Positions 1-10,662 are shown, numbered from the stretch's first letter. The stretch is 64,000 bases of DNA from a candidate division NPL-UPA2 bacterium Unc8 (GCA_003574845.1 NDHY01000003.1:646-64645); one strand, 5' to 3'. The notes: generated by a model from the sequence alone, not told the origin. Translations and numbers: made by a program.

Positions 1-58
1 GCCTATCAGATATTTCGATCTTCTCGGCAGCTTTCGTTTGTGTTATTAATCCCTCCAT
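1..58 (-). CDS. 5' end of a minus-strand gene running off the window start. Visible N-terminus MEGLITQTKAAEKIEISDR resembles the HTH of IS/transposase OrfA proteins. Partial.
   Basis: Reverse-strand translation from ATG (rc of positions 56-58) gives an HTH-like peptide (LITQTKAAEKIEIS). The ORF is open to the window edge, and only 19 residues are visible. Confidence 0.2.
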   Translation of the reverse strand, partial: MEGLITQTKAAEKIEISDR

Positions 59-424
59 AGCTTGATTTATTACGCTTACCCTTCTCAACTCTTTCGCCAG
101 TCATCTTGATAATGTCCTTTCTGTCCATAATGCCCTCCTTTTTGGAGAACATTATAGACTTTGCAATAGGACATTTTAAATAAGTTACAATAGGACATTA
201 TCATTTCGGTATTACACTGTTTTTTAAAAAGGGTAAGTAGGCACATAAAGGGCGGTGCGTAGGAGCGATTCCAGTTTCTCTCGTAAAATGAGTTATTTCC
301 TAATGTTTGTCCTGTTCTCTTGTGCTCTGGCGGCGATTGTAACTTTATTAAAAGTTCTTGACTATTTAACCTGAACATGATAAAAAAAGAATTATCTCAT
401 TCAGACAAAAAAGGAAGTTTAGTT

Positions 425-1510
425 ATGCAAAAAGCGAATATTAAATTTAAAATAGCAGTTCTTCCCGGTGACGGGACAGGCCCGGAAGCTGTTAAAGAAG
501 GAATGAAGGTTCTTGAAGCAGCAAGCGAAGTTCATGGCTTCCAATATGAAGTTATTGAGTATGACTTTGGAGGAGACCGCTACCTCCGGAGTAAAGAGAC
601 TCTGCCCGACTCGGCTCTTGAAGAATTCAGGAAAATGGATGCAATCTTCCTTGGGGCAATTGGCCATCCGGACGTAGCCCCGGGAATACTTGAAAGAGGG
701 ATACTGTTGCGTATCAGATTTGCCCTTGACCAGTATGTAAATCTTCGCCCGGTAAAGCTCCACCCCGGCGTGCGGACTCCCCTGAGGGATAAAAGACCCG
801 AGGACATAGACTTTGTTGTCGTCCGCGAGAACACCGAGGGGCTTTATTGTGGAGTGGGAGGATTTTTTAAGAAAGGAACAGAAGATGAAGTAGCAGTGCA
901 GGAAATGATTTCTACTCGCAAAGGGGTGGAGCGCTGTATTAGGTATGCTTATGAACTTACACGCAGACGAAAGAAGAATTATCATATTACCCTGTGCGAT
1001 AAGGCAAACGTGCTGACCTACTCCCATGACCTGTGGAGAAGGACATTTGCTGAAGTGGGTAAGGATTATCCGGACATCAAGCAGGAGTATGCCTTTGTGG
1101 ATGCAGTATGTATGTGGATGGTGAAAAATCCGGAATGGTTTGATACAATTGTCACCTGCAATATGTTTGGGGACATCATTACTGATCTGGGAGCAGTGAT
1201 TCAGGGAGGTATGGGTATTGCTGCCGGGGGGAATATAAACCCTCAAGGAACTTCAATGTTTGAACCGATTGGAGGCTCGGCGCCAAAATATACCGGCAGA
1301 AATATGATAAATCCATTAGCGGCAATCTCTGCCTGTCAGATGATGCTTGAACATTTAGGCGAGGAAGCAGCGGCAACGTCTATTGAAAAAGGGATAGTAT
1401 ATGCTTGCTCACGCTTAAAAAGCCTTTCCGCAGGGGAGATGGGATACACAACTTCTGAAGTGGGTGATATGGTGGCCGCCTTTGTGAGAAAAATAAAGAT
1501 TAAGACTTAA
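425..1510 (+). CDS. leuB: 3-isopropylmalate dehydrogenase / isocitrate-tartrate dehydrogenase family (NAD-dependent beta-decarboxylating dehydrogenase)
   Basis: N-terminal [28 protein letters not shown] and NMFGDIITD motifs. SD aaggaag lies 8 nt upstream of ATG 425. The longer ORF from 377 is unlikely. Sub-family (LeuB vs tartrate DH) is uncertain. Confidence 0.7.
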   Translation: MQKANIKFKIAVLPGDGTGPEAVKEGMKVLEAASEVHGFQYEVIEYDFGGDRYLRSKETLPDSALEEFRKMDAIFLGAIGHPDVAPGILERGILLRIRFALDQYVNLRPVKLHPGVRTPLRDKRPEDIDFVVVRENTEGLYCGVGGFFKKGTEDEVAVQEMISTRKGVERCIRYAYELTRRRKKNYHITLCDKANVLTYSHDLWRRTFAEVGKDYPDIKQEYAFVDAVCMWMVKNPEWFDTIVTCNMFGDIITDLGAVIQGGMGIAAGGNINPQGTSMFEPIGGSAPKYTGRNMINPLAAISACQMMLEHLGEEAAATSIEKGIVYACSRLKSLSAGEMGYTTSEVGDMVAAFVRKIKIKT

Positions 1511-1513
1511 ACA

Positions 1514-2533
1514 ATGCGAAAATTTAAGATTGCGGTAGTTGGAATAGGACTGGTAGGAAGAGAAATTATTAAGATTCTCAAAGAAAGAAGCTTTCCTGCC
1601 TCAGAAATCAAGGTGCTTGCCACAAGGGCAAGAACCGAGGAGATTGGTGGAGAAAAGTATGCCGTTTCAGCTACTACGGAGGAATCATTTCAGGGTATTG
1701 AGATTACCTTTTTTGCAGGAACAGAAGGGGCAAAAGGAGCATCAAAGCAGTTTGGGTGGCAGGCAGCGAGCAAGGGGACAATCGTCATTGACAACGGAGA
1801 TGATTATAGGCTTGATAGCCGCGTGCCACTGATTGTCCCTGAGGTAAATGCCGGGCAACTAAGGAACCACCAGGGGTTTATCTCCAGCCCTAATTGTGCC
1901 ACAATACAATTGGTTATCGTTCTTGCTCCACTTCATCGTCGTTGTAGAATAAAGAGAGTTATTGTCTCCAGCTATCAGTCTGTTTCAGGAACAGGTGGAG
2001 AAGCGGTTGAGGAGCTTCGCTCCCAGGTCAGTGCCATCGCTCGTGGTGAAGGTCCGAAAAAGGCAGTTTATCCTCACCAGATTGCATTCAATCTCTTTCC
2101 TGAGATAGGAAGTCTCCAGAATGAGTTCCCGGGATATTATCGTGAAGAAGCTAAAACTATTAAGGAGACAAGAAAGATACTCAATGAGCCGGAATTTGCA
2201 ATGTCGGCTACCTGCGTTAGAGTTCCTGTATATTTTGGACACTCAGAGGCAGTTAATGTAGAGTTTGAAAAAAGGCTCTCCCCGGAAGAAGCAAGGGAAA
2301 TATTGAGCTTTTCCCCGGGAGTTAGGGTAATTGATAAACCCGAAGTTGGGCTTTATCCTACGCCAATAGATGTGGTCGGAGGAGACGATGTCTATGTTGG
2401 CAGAATAAGAGATGACCCGTCATCTCATAATTCCCTTAACCTCTGGATTGTAGGAGACAACATCCGAAAAGGGGCAGCTCTGAACACAGTTCAGATCGCT
2501 GAGGAGATAATAAAGACTGCCGTTAGTGTCTAA
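1514..2533 (+). CDS. asd: aspartate-semialdehyde dehydrogenase
   Basis: MRKFKIAVVGIGLVGRE Rossmann N-terminus and the SPNCATIQL active-site Cys motif. About 339 aa. Confidence 0.9.
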   Translation: MRKFKIAVVGIGLVGREIIKILKERSFPASEIKVLATRARTEEIGGEKYAVSATTEESFQGIEITFFAGTEGAKGASKQFGWQAASKGTIVIDNGDDYRLDSRVPLIVPEVNAGQLRNHQGFISSPNCATIQLVIVLAPLHRRCRIKRVIVSSYQSVSGTGGEAVEELRSQVSAIARGEGPKKAVYPHQIAFNLFPEIGSLQNEFPGYYREEAKTIKETRKILNEPEFAMSATCVRVPVYFGHSEAVNVEFEKRLSPEEAREILSFSPGVRVIDKPEVGLYPTPIDVVGGDDVYVGRIRDDPSSHNSLNLWIVGDNIRKGAALNTVQIAEEIIKTAVSV

Positions 2534-3140
2534 TTAAGAGGATATCAGAAATCGGCAGGAGGAACTTAAATTCTCCTATACGCTTTGTGAGCTCATCCAC
2601 CTGCTTGAGGACTTCCGCAGAAGGGGATTTATCCTGGCGAAGTTTCTCGGCTATCTTCTCAAGGGAGGACACTGCTTCCTCAACTAATTGAGAATTGCTC
2701 ACCTGTGTCGTTTTAAGTCTTGTTAACATTTCATTTGTTGCAACGGCAAGGTCATGGAGTTCATCTCTTTTTCTAAATCCTATAGGTGCCGGCAGGGTGC
2801 CTTCTCCAATTGACCGCAAAGTCTTCTTAAGTCGGTAAATTGGCCCGGTTAAACGATGCGTAACAAGGATGACTACTGCCCCAATAGTGAGTGTTCCTGC
2901 AAAAACAATAAGGAGTATTCTTGGAAAGAGGATAACATTCAGCCCGGTGAGAAGCTTGTCAAGCATTGGAGATGCCTCTGTTCCCTCAAAGCTGTCAATA
3001 AGCATTGACCACGTTGAAACATAAATTGTCCCGATGAGGATAATGGAGACCGCAATCATAAGGATAATAGTCATTGTGGCGTATCTTAGTTGAAAACTTC
3101 TATCACTAATATATTTCTTTCTTCTTACTTTGTTACTCAT
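2523..3140 (-). CDS. membrane protein with two TM helices and a HAMP domain, with no recognisable output domain
   Basis: N-terminal TM (IILMIAVSIILIGTIYV), second TM, then a HAMP-like LTGPIYRLKKTLRSIGEGTLPAPIGFRKRDELHDLAVATNEML and a coiled-coil tail. Confidence 0.5.
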   Translation of the reverse strand: MSNKVRRKKYISDRSFQLRYATMTIILMIAVSIILIGTIYVSTWSMLIDSFEGTEASPMLDKLLTGLNVILFPRILLIVFAGTLTIGAVVILVTHRLTGPIYRLKKTLRSIGEGTLPAPIGFRKRDELHDLAVATNEMLTRLKTTQVSNSQLVEEAVSSLEKIAEKLRQDKSPSAEVLKQVDELTKRIGEFKFLLPISDILLIRH

Positions 3141-3154
3141 TTTAACCTCCTACG

Positions 3155-3895
3155 TCAGAATTTCCCATAAATAATATCAGCATTAAAACCTGTGCCACCG
3201 GGCTTTCCATCAGCGCCATGACTAAGAAGGGTAAATGTAGTTTCAACAGAGACCCAGGAAGTTATCCTTACATCAATGAATGTTGTGGGCTTACTTGCTA
3301 CTCTTATCTCTAACGTATTGTTGCCAGACAACAGTGTTATCGGAAGCTTTATGATACTCACTTTCTTCTTAAACTTATCAGGGCTTATTATCCGCTTTCC
3401 ATTGAGCTCTATCCATCCTGCGGTGACACCGTAGTTATCAACAACAATTGTTCCTTTGCCATGCCCTGCGGTAAAGTTGAACGTATGAGTTCCGGGCTTG
3501 CCATGGAATCTCTGGATGGGAGCCGGGGAAAAGAGATTTCCTTCATTAAGAAAATAAAGATAGGGGTTGCCCCACGGGTCAATGGGGGAAAGTCCCTCTG
3601 CATAGGGACCCCACCATCCACCTATGCCTGCCCCTATGAAATCAGCCGGCGGATGAACTTCCATAGTATCAGCAAGAAATTGGGGGTAAACCCCTGTGTG
3701 TATCTTTATACTGCTCAGTGCGAGACCGAATCCAGAGATGGTAGACTTTGCCGCAGCTACCCTTGCCCGTTGCGTCAAATTTTTAACCTGAACTCCCATA
3801 AACGCTGCAAGAATAGCTATAATTGTAATCGCAACGAGGATTTCTAAGAGAGAAAACCCGCGTATTGATGTCTTGTTTCTCAGATATGTAGACAT
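3155..3895 (-). CDS. type IV pilin / type II secretion pseudopilin-like protein with prepilin N-terminal cleavage-methylation motif
   Basis: IRGFSLLEILVAITIIAILAA has the classic G|F(S)LLE prepilin peptidase site with Glu at +5. The C-terminal globular domain is about 200 aa. Confidence 0.7.
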   Translation of the reverse strand: MSTYLRNKTSIRGFSLLEILVAITIIAILAAFMGVQVKNLTQRARVAAAKSTISGFGLALSSIKIHTGVYPQFLADTMEVHPPADFIGAGIGGWWGPYAEGLSPIDPWGNPYLYFLNEGNLFSPAPIQRFHGKPGTHTFNFTAGHGKGTIVVDNYGVTAGWIELNGKRIISPDKFKKKVSIIKLPITLLSGNNTLEIRVASKPTTFIDVRITSWVSVETTFTLLSHGADGKPGGTGFNADIIYGKF

Positions 3896-5605
3896 CTAAT
3901 TAACTACTAATAATGGGTCCCCGGCACTGACAATCTCGCTTTCAAAGGTAAATATCTCTTTAACTGTTCCTGCATGGTCAGAGTGAATGGGAGTTTGCAT
4001 CTTCATCGCCTCCAGAATAACTACCACATCTCCCTTTTTTACTTTATCCCCTGTTTTAACCTTGAGAGCAAGAACCATTCCATTCATCGGAGAAAGAACA
4101 GCGCCTGTGGGAAGTTGAGCTGTGGGGCTGGTTTTTTCGTTAGTCTTCTCCCCTGATGACTTTATTTTTACTAAAAAAGTCTCTCCATCTACTTCAACTT
4201 CAAATTCTGTGGACGTATCTGCCACAGGAGTATGCAAGGACTCTTCCTTTGGAAGTGATTCTTCTTTCATCTCGCCACGCAAAAACTTAGGGGCGATGGC
4301 AGGATAAAGAGCATAAGTAAGCAGGTCTTCCTCTGTCTTCAGGATTCCTAACGCTTCTGCTTTTTCCTTCAATGTTTCTAATTGTGGTTCAATGAGATCG
4401 GCAGGTCTACAGGTGATGGGCTCTTCATCCCCAATAATTTTTTTTCTAATCTCAGGGTCAATTGACGCTGGTGGCTTTCCATAAAGATGGCGGCAGTAAT
4501 CTTTTGTTTCTTGAGATATTTGTTTGTATCTTTCTCCAGAGAGCACATTGAGAGTGGCTTGAGTGCCAACAATCTGACTGGTGGGCGTAACCAGTGGAGG
4601 GTATCCCAGGTCACGACGCACGCGTGGAGTTTCTTTAAGAATCTCTCCATATTTGTCCATTGCATTTTGCTCTTTAAGCTGGGAGCGGAGATTGGAAATC
4701 ATCCCCCCCGGCACCTGATGAATAAGAGCGCTTACATCAGGTCTTTCTGCAACAGGACTTATCAGTCCTTTATATTTTTCTCTCAGATTAAAGAAGTAAT
4801 ATCCAATTTCTACCAATAATTCTAAATCCAGGCCGGTATCATAGGGAGTTCCCTGCAATGAAGCAACCATTGTTTCCGTAGGTGGCTGAGAAGTTCCCCA
4901 GCTGAAAGGTGAAAAAGCCGTATCAAATATGTCCACTCCTGCCTGACAGGCAGTAAGGCAACTCATGGGGCCCATACCGCTGGTGCAATGAGTATGGAGA
5001 TTTATAGGAACTTTTGTCTCTCGTTTTAAAGCGCTTACTAAATCATAGGCTACCTGAGGAGAGATAAGGCCCGCCATATCTTTGATGCAGATAGAGTTGC
5101 AGCCCAACTTTTCCAGCTCTTTAGCCATTTCTACAAACTTATTAATTGTGTGAACCGGGCTGGTAGTATAACAGATTGCTCCCTGTGCATGGGCTCCTGC
5201 TTCCCTGACTGCTTTGATTGGAACTTCCATATTTCGAATGTCATTTAAGGCATCAAAGATGCGAAAGATGTCCACCCCATTCTTTGCTGCCAATTCCACA
5301 AATTTTTCTACGACATCATCGGCGTAGTGACAGTAGCCGACAAGATTTTGCCCCCGCAGAAGCATTTGCAGGGGGGTATTTGGCATATGTTCCTTCAGGG
5401 TGCGAATTCTCATCCAGGGATCTTCATTCAAATAGCGCATTGGCACATCAAAGGTCGCTCCACCCCAGGCTTCAATGGCGAAGAATCCTACCTGGTCCAG
5501 TTTTTCACATATAGGCAGCATATCCCGCGTTCTCATTCTGGTTGCCATCAGGGATTGGTGGGCATCGCGAAGTATTGTATCTGTAATCCTTACTTTCTTT
5601 TTCAT
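3896..5605 (-). CDS. oxaloacetate decarboxylase alpha subunit / pyruvate carboxylase subunit B (carboxyltransferase 5S domain plus C-terminal biotinyl domain)
   Basis: TDTILRDAHQSLMATRMRT carboxyltransferase start. C-terminal EAMKMQT biotin-attachment motif (AMKM). 569 aa. Confidence 0.85.
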   Translation of the reverse strand: MKKKVRITDTILRDAHQSLMATRMRTRDMLPICEKLDQVGFFAIEAWGGATFDVPMRYLNEDPWMRIRTLKEHMPNTPLQMLLRGQNLVGYCHYADDVVEKFVELAAKNGVDIFRIFDALNDIRNMEVPIKAVREAGAHAQGAICYTTSPVHTINKFVEMAKELEKLGCNSICIKDMAGLISPQVAYDLVSALKRETKVPINLHTHCTSGMGPMSCLTACQAGVDIFDTAFSPFSWGTSQPPTETMVASLQGTPYDTGLDLELLVEIGYYFFNLREKYKGLISPVAERPDVSALIHQVPGGMISNLRSQLKEQNAMDKYGEILKETPRVRRDLGYPPLVTPTSQIVGTQATLNVLSGERYKQISQETKDYCRHLYGKPPASIDPEIRKKIIGDEEPITCRPADLIEPQLETLKEKAEALGILKTEEDLLTYALYPAIAPKFLRGEMKEESLPKEESLHTPVADTSTEFEVEVDGETFLVKIKSSGEKTNEKTSPTAQLPTGAVLSPMNGMVLALKVKTGDKVKKGDVVVILEAMKMQTPIHSDHAGTVKEIFTFESEIVSAGDPLLVVN

Positions 5606-5629
5606 ATTTATTTTCTCCAGATAAGTGCT

Positions 5630-6682
5630 TTAAAAAATAGCGGTAGCTGCCTTGCGGAGGCGGTCCACAACAGCCAGCCCCAGTCCATCTGAGACCACCG
5701 ATTCAGCAATGATAATATCAGTTTCTTCTTTGTCAATGCTTCTCAGGACTGAAAAGAGATTATAAGCACAGGATTTTGGGTCATCTCGCTTGCCAAAACT
5801 TCTAACACTGAAGCCGTTATAGTTGGAAATGCTCTCATCCATAGCCATAATGACAACTTTTTTTCCTTGTTGTCCGAAGGAGTCGGCTAATTTTTGCACC
5901 TTTCTCACGACCGAGGTGCAATCGCCCTCTACGAAGATTAGTTTTGCCCTTGGAGCATAGTGAGTATTCATCATCCCCGGCGAGGGCACCGATGTTTTAC
6001 CTGAGAGATTGCCATGCTTTTGTGCGGAAAACAAGGTTACTTTTCCTCCTATTGTCTCCTCTATTTCTTCCCGGGTTATCCCGCCTGGACGCAGGATTTG
6101 CGGGGGGATAGCGGTCAAGTCAAGCACTGTTGATTCTACTCCTATGGTTGTCCCACCACCATCAATAATGAGTTCAAGTTTATCGGCAAAGTCGTCGCTC
6201 ACATGCTGGGCTGTTGTAGGACTGGGACGTCCAAAGAGGTTTGCGCTTGGAGCAGCGACCGGCATTCCCACTGTTTTAATCAAAGAAAGTGCAATTTTAT
6301 GAGCAGGCATCCTGATTGCTACGGTATTTAGTCCTGCCGTAACTATCTCTGGCACAATTGAGGATTTCTTAGCAATTAAGGTAAGTGGCCCTGGCCAGAA
6401 CCTTTCCATAAATCGCTCGGCTAACTTAGAGGTCTCATCAGCAAGAGAAAAATAATCTTGCTTCGCAGCAATATGAACAATCAGTGGGTCAGTAAATGGC
6501 CTTTTCTTGACCTTAAATATTTCTCTTACTGCGGCTGCATCTAATACTGCTGCTCCCAGTCCATAGACTGTCTCAGTAGGAAATGCCACCAAACCGCCAC
6601 TACGGATAACATTTGCCGCTATCCGTATCTTTAAAGGTTCAGGATGAGTTGCGTTTATTTTGATGATTTGCATTTTACTCAC
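5630..6682 (-). CDS. tsaC: L-threonylcarbamoyladenylate synthase, Sua5-type (YrdC domain plus Sua5 C-terminal domain)
   Basis: VAFPTETVYGLGA YrdC motif. The 350-aa length is consistent with full-length Sua5. Confidence 0.85.
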   Translation of the reverse strand: MSKMQIIKINATHPEPLKIRIAANVIRSGGLVAFPTETVYGLGAAVLDAAAVREIFKVKKRPFTDPLIVHIAAKQDYFSLADETSKLAERFMERFWPGPLTLIAKKSSIVPEIVTAGLNTVAIRMPAHKIALSLIKTVGMPVAAPSANLFGRPSPTTAQHVSDDFADKLELIIDGGGTTIGVESTVLDLTAIPPQILRPGGITREEIEETIGGKVTLFSAQKHGNLSGKTSVPSPGMMNTHYAPRAKLIFVEGDCTSVVRKVQKLADSFGQQGKKVVIMAMDESISNYNGFSVRSFGKRDDPKSCAYNLFSVLRSIDKEETDIIIAESVVSDGLGLAVVDRLRKAATAIF

Positions 6683-6685
6683 TTT

Positions 6686-7159
6686 TTAGTTTCTTGATAT
6701 TTTCAATATCCTGTATCTTAACGTTCCGGCAGGAACCTTAATCTCAGCCGTATCCCCTTCTTTATATCCCAATAACCCCTGACCAATCGGCGAGGTGATG
6801 GAGATTTTACCTTGCGAAAAGTTGGACTCATCTTCCCCAACCAGAGTATATTGTAATTCCTCTCCCGATTCTATGTCTTTGAGTAATAGAGTAGCTCCAA
6901 TGTAGGCTTTGTCAGTGGCAATGTTTTCATCATCAATTATTCTGACACGGATTAACTTCTCCTCTAAAATCCTGATTTTTTCCTCTAACATGCCCTGCGC
7001 TTCTTTTGCTGCGCTGTATTCAGCATTCTCACTTATGTCTCCATGCGCCTTTGCTTCAGCTATCTGCTGGGATAGCTCTCTACGTTCAACTGTTTTAAGC
7101 CGATACAGCTCTTCCTTCAACATCTTGTATCCACCTCGTGTCAAGAGCGTCTCTTTCAT
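6686..7159 (-). CDS. greA: transcription elongation factor GreA
   Basis: LTRGGYKMLKEELYRLKTV..RRELSQQIAEAKAHGDISENAEY is the GreA coiled-coil signature. Start chosen at the internal MKETLL. Confidence 0.88.
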   Translation of the reverse strand: MKETLLTRGGYKMLKEELYRLKTVERRELSQQIAEAKAHGDISENAEYSAAKEAQGMLEEKIRILEEKLIRVRIIDDENIATDKAYIGATLLLKDIESGEELQYTLVGEDESNFSQGKISITSPIGQGLLGYKEGDTAEIKVPAGTLRYRILKISRN

Positions 7160-8661
7160 AACCTCTCTTTCAACCAGGGATCTATCCATATCTCGGCATC
7201 TTGTTTTAGAGAATCAAGCCAGCTGCGATATGCTTCAAATTGTTTCCAGAGGAGAAGAGATTCGCGAAGGGTATCTTTTTCTTCAGTGAACTTTTCCCTG
7301 GAAGCAGCTTCAATTTCTCCACCTTTTAAGATGACACTGCCTGCAGGAATTTCTACTACTTTACTTATTTCTCCCGCGGCAAGAGAGAAAGCGGTCTCCG
7401 AAAACTCCTCTGAGAAGCCAATTCCCATGATAAACCCACCTCTCAGGAAGGGGCCGGTATTCCTTACTTCAATACCTTTTTCAATAATTATCTCATCCCA
7501 TCCCTTCTCTTTGATTTTTTCATAATGCGTTTTGGCAAAGTTAGCTGCTAATTCTCGTGCTTTTTTCTCAACTACCGCATCTGCTACCTCTTCTTTGACT
7601 TCCTCAAGTAATTTCAAACGTCTCGGTTGTCTGTCCCGCAAAATAAATATCAGGTAGCCTCCTGGTACTTCAATGAAATTACTTACTTCTCCTTTCTCTA
7701 AAAGAAATGCTTCTCGCAGAAGTTCCGGTGCCCGGCCAATCTTTTCCACACGCTCTCTCCCGTAAAATACCTCTGTCGTTTTAATCTCAAATTTTCCTTC
7801 TATAGCCATCAACTCCCAATCATTTTCCATAAGAAGCTGCCAGGAGAGTTTTCTTGCCTCCCTTCTTGCAAGGAACTGTGCTCTTTCCTGGCGAAGGATG
7901 GTTTCTATCTCTGCTCTTATCTTCTCAAGCGGGATTGTTTCATCATTTACTTTAAAACGATCAATGTTTTCCTCGTAGTAGCGAAGAATTTCCTCTTCCC
8001 TTATCTCAACTGCAGCAGGATCGGGATTAATTGTAATGTAGTCTATAATTGCTTTCTCAAGAGTGTAGAAATCCTCTCTTTTTTCCTCAAAGTATGAGCT
8101 GATCTCAGCATCAGTAATCTCAATTTTTTCTCTGTAATCTGCTGTGCGAAAGGCAATATAATCAACAGCAATTCTTTCATTACGTCGCCTGAACTCTTCC
8201 CAGAGTTCTTCTTCTGAGAGCTCTACCTCTGCGGTTACTTTTTCAATGAGTTTTCGCCGCCCAAGCATCTGGCGAATGTTATCCTCAAATACCCTGGTAT
8301 CAGCTACTCTCAAATGGTAGAGTTCAGAGTCAAATTTTCCTTCCCTCTGAAAGGCTGGATGAGCTTTAATCTCAAGGCTCACTTCCTCATTGCTTACTCT
8401 TATTCCCTGCCTTCTCACCTCTTGATTGAGAACTACTTCATCAATTAGCCTTTCCAGTGCCAACTCTCTATCTTCAAGCTGCCGATAAGCCCATTCTAAT
8501 TCTCTGAAGCTAATCTCTTCCCCGTTAACTGTTGCAGCAATCCCTGTCTCTTCAATGCGCCGGCCTCCTCCCACACCGAAAAAGAAGATAAGAGCCGGAA
8601 CGGTCAGCGCTATTATCACAATAAGAGTGACCTTCATTTTTTTTCTAATAAATTCAAGCAT
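7156..8661 (-). CDS. periplasmic chaperone / peptidyl-prolyl isomerase of the PpiD-SurA family (N-terminal membrane anchor)
   Basis: N-terminal TM, SurA-like N domain with acidic coiled-coil regions, C-terminal parvulin-like segment. 501 aa. Confidence 0.55.
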   Translation of the reverse strand: MLEFIRKKMKVTLIVIIALTVPALIFFFGVGGGRRIEETGIAATVNGEEISFRELEWAYRQLEDRELALERLIDEVVLNQEVRRQGIRVSNEEVSLEIKAHPAFQREGKFDSELYHLRVADTRVFEDNIRQMLGRRKLIEKVTAEVELSEEELWEEFRRRNERIAVDYIAFRTADYREKIEITDAEISSYFEEKREDFYTLEKAIIDYITINPDPAAVEIREEEILRYYEENIDRFKVNDETIPLEKIRAEIETILRQERAQFLARREARKLSWQLLMENDWELMAIEGKFEIKTTEVFYGRERVEKIGRAPELLREAFLLEKGEVSNFIEVPGGYLIFILRDRQPRRLKLLEEVKEEVADAVVEKKARELAANFAKTHYEKIKEKGWDEIIIEKGIEVRNTGPFLRGGFIMGIGFSEEFSETAFSLAAGEISKVVEIPAGSVILKGGEIEAASREKFTEEKDTLRESLLLWKQFEAYRSWLDSLKQDAEIWIDPWLKERL

Positions 8662-8673
8662 AAAATACTCCTC

Positions 8674-9990
8674 CTATTTCACCATTATCAAATGCATATC
8701 ACCTACATTTGTGCCTGTTGGTCCGGTAATGATTAAGTTCCCTATTTTCTTAAAATAATTGTAGGAATTATTATCCCTCAAAAATTGAGTAGCATCAAGC
8801 CCCAATTTTTTACCGCTGGAAAGCGTTTTTCCTGTTACCCAGGCACCGTTGGCATCCGTCGGGCCATCGGTTCCATCGGTCCCTGCACTCAATATGAGAA
8901 TATTATCAGTGCCTTCTATCTCTATGGCGGAGGTCAGAGCAAATTCCTGGTTTCTTCCTCCAATGCCATCTCCACGAATCACAACGGTAGTTTCTCCTCC
9001 CGATATTACACAGGCAGGTTTTTTAATTGGAAGATTACTATTGGCAATCTCACGACCAATAGCAGCGTGCATTATGGCAACTTCCCTTGTATCTCCACTT
9101 ATGAGGCTTGAAAGTATGAGCGTGTTATAGCCCAGGCTCTTAGCTTCCTCCTGACATCCCTTTAGCGCAGTTAAATTGTTACCCACCACTATGTTTATGC
9201 ATTTTTTGAAGGCGGGGTCTCCATCTGATGGAGTCTCCATCTCTGGATTGTCCACTCCCTTGCGAATGTGGGTAATCACAGCTGGAGGAAGCTTATTCAA
9301 AAGATAATACTTCTTAATTATTTTAAGAGCATCGGCAAAGGTTGAGTTATCTGGAATTGTTGGACCTGATGCTATTAAATTCAGTGGGTCTCCTATCACA
9401 TCTGACAGGATGAGAGTAACAAGAGCTGCAGGAAAAACAAGCTTTGCCAGTCTCCCTCCTGTAACTCTGGAGAGATGTTTCCTTATAATGTTCATCTCTC
9501 CTATGTCGGAGCCGCATCTTAGAAGAGTAGCTGTGGTCTGCTGCACATCTTCAAGGGTGAGCTCATCTACAGGAAGTAAGAACAATGCAGACCCGCCACC
9601 GGAGATAAGGTTTATGATAAGGTCTCTTTCCGTTGCGGCGCGGGCAAGGCTGACTATTTTCTTTGCTCCAATTACTCCGTTATTATCAGGGACAGGGTGA
9701 CCTGCTTCAGTAACCTCGGTTTTTTTCAAATTAGAAGAATGTCCATATTTTGTGATTATGCGTCCGGTTTTTAGTTTGTTGCCAAGAATTTCTTCTATAG
9801 CCAATGCCATCCTGACAGAAGCTTTTCCTGCACCAATCAGATAAATATTTTCATAATCCGACAGATTCAGGTTCAGCGAATCTCCTATCCGCAGATTATT
9901 TTCTTTCAGTGTCAGTTTTTTCTTAATTGCCAGAAGAGGGTCTGCGGCATTTATCCCTGATTGCATTATTTTGATTGCATCTTTTTTCAT
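8674..9990 (-). CDS. glycerate kinase (MOFRL family glycerate 2-kinase)
   Basis: IYLIGAGKAS N-terminal glycine loop and the C-terminal GTDGTDGPTD motif typical of MOFRL glycerate kinases. 438 aa. Confidence 0.75.
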   Translation of the reverse strand: MKKDAIKIMQSGINAADPLLAIKKKLTLKENNLRIGDSLNLNLSDYENIYLIGAGKASVRMALAIEEILGNKLKTGRIITKYGHSSNLKKTEVTEAGHPVPDNNGVIGAKKIVSLARAATERDLIINLISGGGSALFLLPVDELTLEDVQQTTATLLRCGSDIGEMNIIRKHLSRVTGGRLAKLVFPAALVTLILSDVIGDPLNLIASGPTIPDNSTFADALKIIKKYYLLNKLPPAVITHIRKGVDNPEMETPSDGDPAFKKCINIVVGNNLTALKGCQEEAKSLGYNTLILSSLISGDTREVAIMHAAIGREIANSNLPIKKPACVISGGETTVVIRGDGIGGRNQEFALTSAIEIEGTDNILILSAGTDGTDGPTDANGAWVTGKTLSSGKKLGLDATQFLRDNNSYNYFKKIGNLIITGPTGTNVGDMHLIMVK

Positions 9991-10109
9991 TTCTAATGGG
10001 GTTTATCGTTTGTATGATATCATTTTTGTGTGGCAATATCAACTGATGTATTGGAATTGGTAATTTCAAAGTTTGCTTCACTCATACATAATTGCTATAA
10101 TGTGCCATT

Positions 10110-10436
10110 ATGGAGTATGAGATACCCAATAAGCTATTTTTCACCATTAGCGAGGTCAGTAGCATTGCTAAAATTAAACCTTACATTCTTCGCTACTGGG
10201 AGTCTGAGTTCGGCTGTCTGAGTCCAGACAGAGATAAAGCAGGAAGGAGAAGTTACCGCAAGAAAGACCTGGAAATAATTTTTCTAATTAAGGAGCTGCT
10301 GCACAAGCGCAAATATAGCATTGCCGGAGCCAAAAGGAGCCTTTCAAGAAGAAACAGAGAAAAGTCAGAGAAGAGTTCCTCTATAACGGCAATCAAAAAA
10401 GAATTACAATCAGTGATTAAGGCTCTCTCTGATTAA
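10110..10436 (+). CDS. small MerR-family HTH transcriptional regulator
   Basis: LFFTISEVSSIAKIKPYILRYWESEF matches the MerR N-terminal HTH (xTIgEvAxxxgVxxxTLRYYE). 108 aa. Confidence 0.55.
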   Translation: MEYEIPNKLFFTISEVSSIAKIKPYILRYWESEFGCLSPDRDKAGRRSYRKKDLEIIFLIKELLHKRKYSIAGAKRSLSRRNREKSEKSSSITAIKKELQSVIKALSD

Positions 10437-10444
10437 CTTGAAAT

Positions 10445-10520
10445 CGGGGTGTGGCGCAGTCCGGCTTAGCGCACTTGACTGGGGGTCAAGGGGTCAGCGG
10501 TTCGAATCCGCTCACCCCGA
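10445..10520 (+). tRNA. tRNA-Pro (anticodon GGG)
   Basis: Cloverleaf with acceptor CGGGGTG/CACCCCG, D arm GCGC..GCGC, anticodon stem CTTGA/TCAAG with loop CTGGGGG, and T arm AGCGGTTCGAATCCGCT. Aligns base-for-base with E. coli tRNA-Pro architecture. CCA not encoded. Confidence 0.85.
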
Positions 10521-10662
10521 TTATGGTCGCCCCATTTCGTAATGAGCCTTTATTTCACTGGCAGAAAGGGCATGATCCCAGACTCCCATAGTTATTGGCC
10601 TCGTACTATTTTTTCAGGAGCAATTCTGGGATTCATCGGGTCACCGACCGCTCTGTTCCTCA

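Noticed and set aside
85-378. 97-aa minus-strand ORF upstream of leuB
   Set aside because: No recognisable domain. Overlaps the leuB promoter region. Likely a spurious AT-rich ORF.
419-1246. 275-aa ORF antisense to the leuB-like gene
   Set aside because: Entirely embedded opposite a gene that is well supported. Low-complexity translation. No start context.
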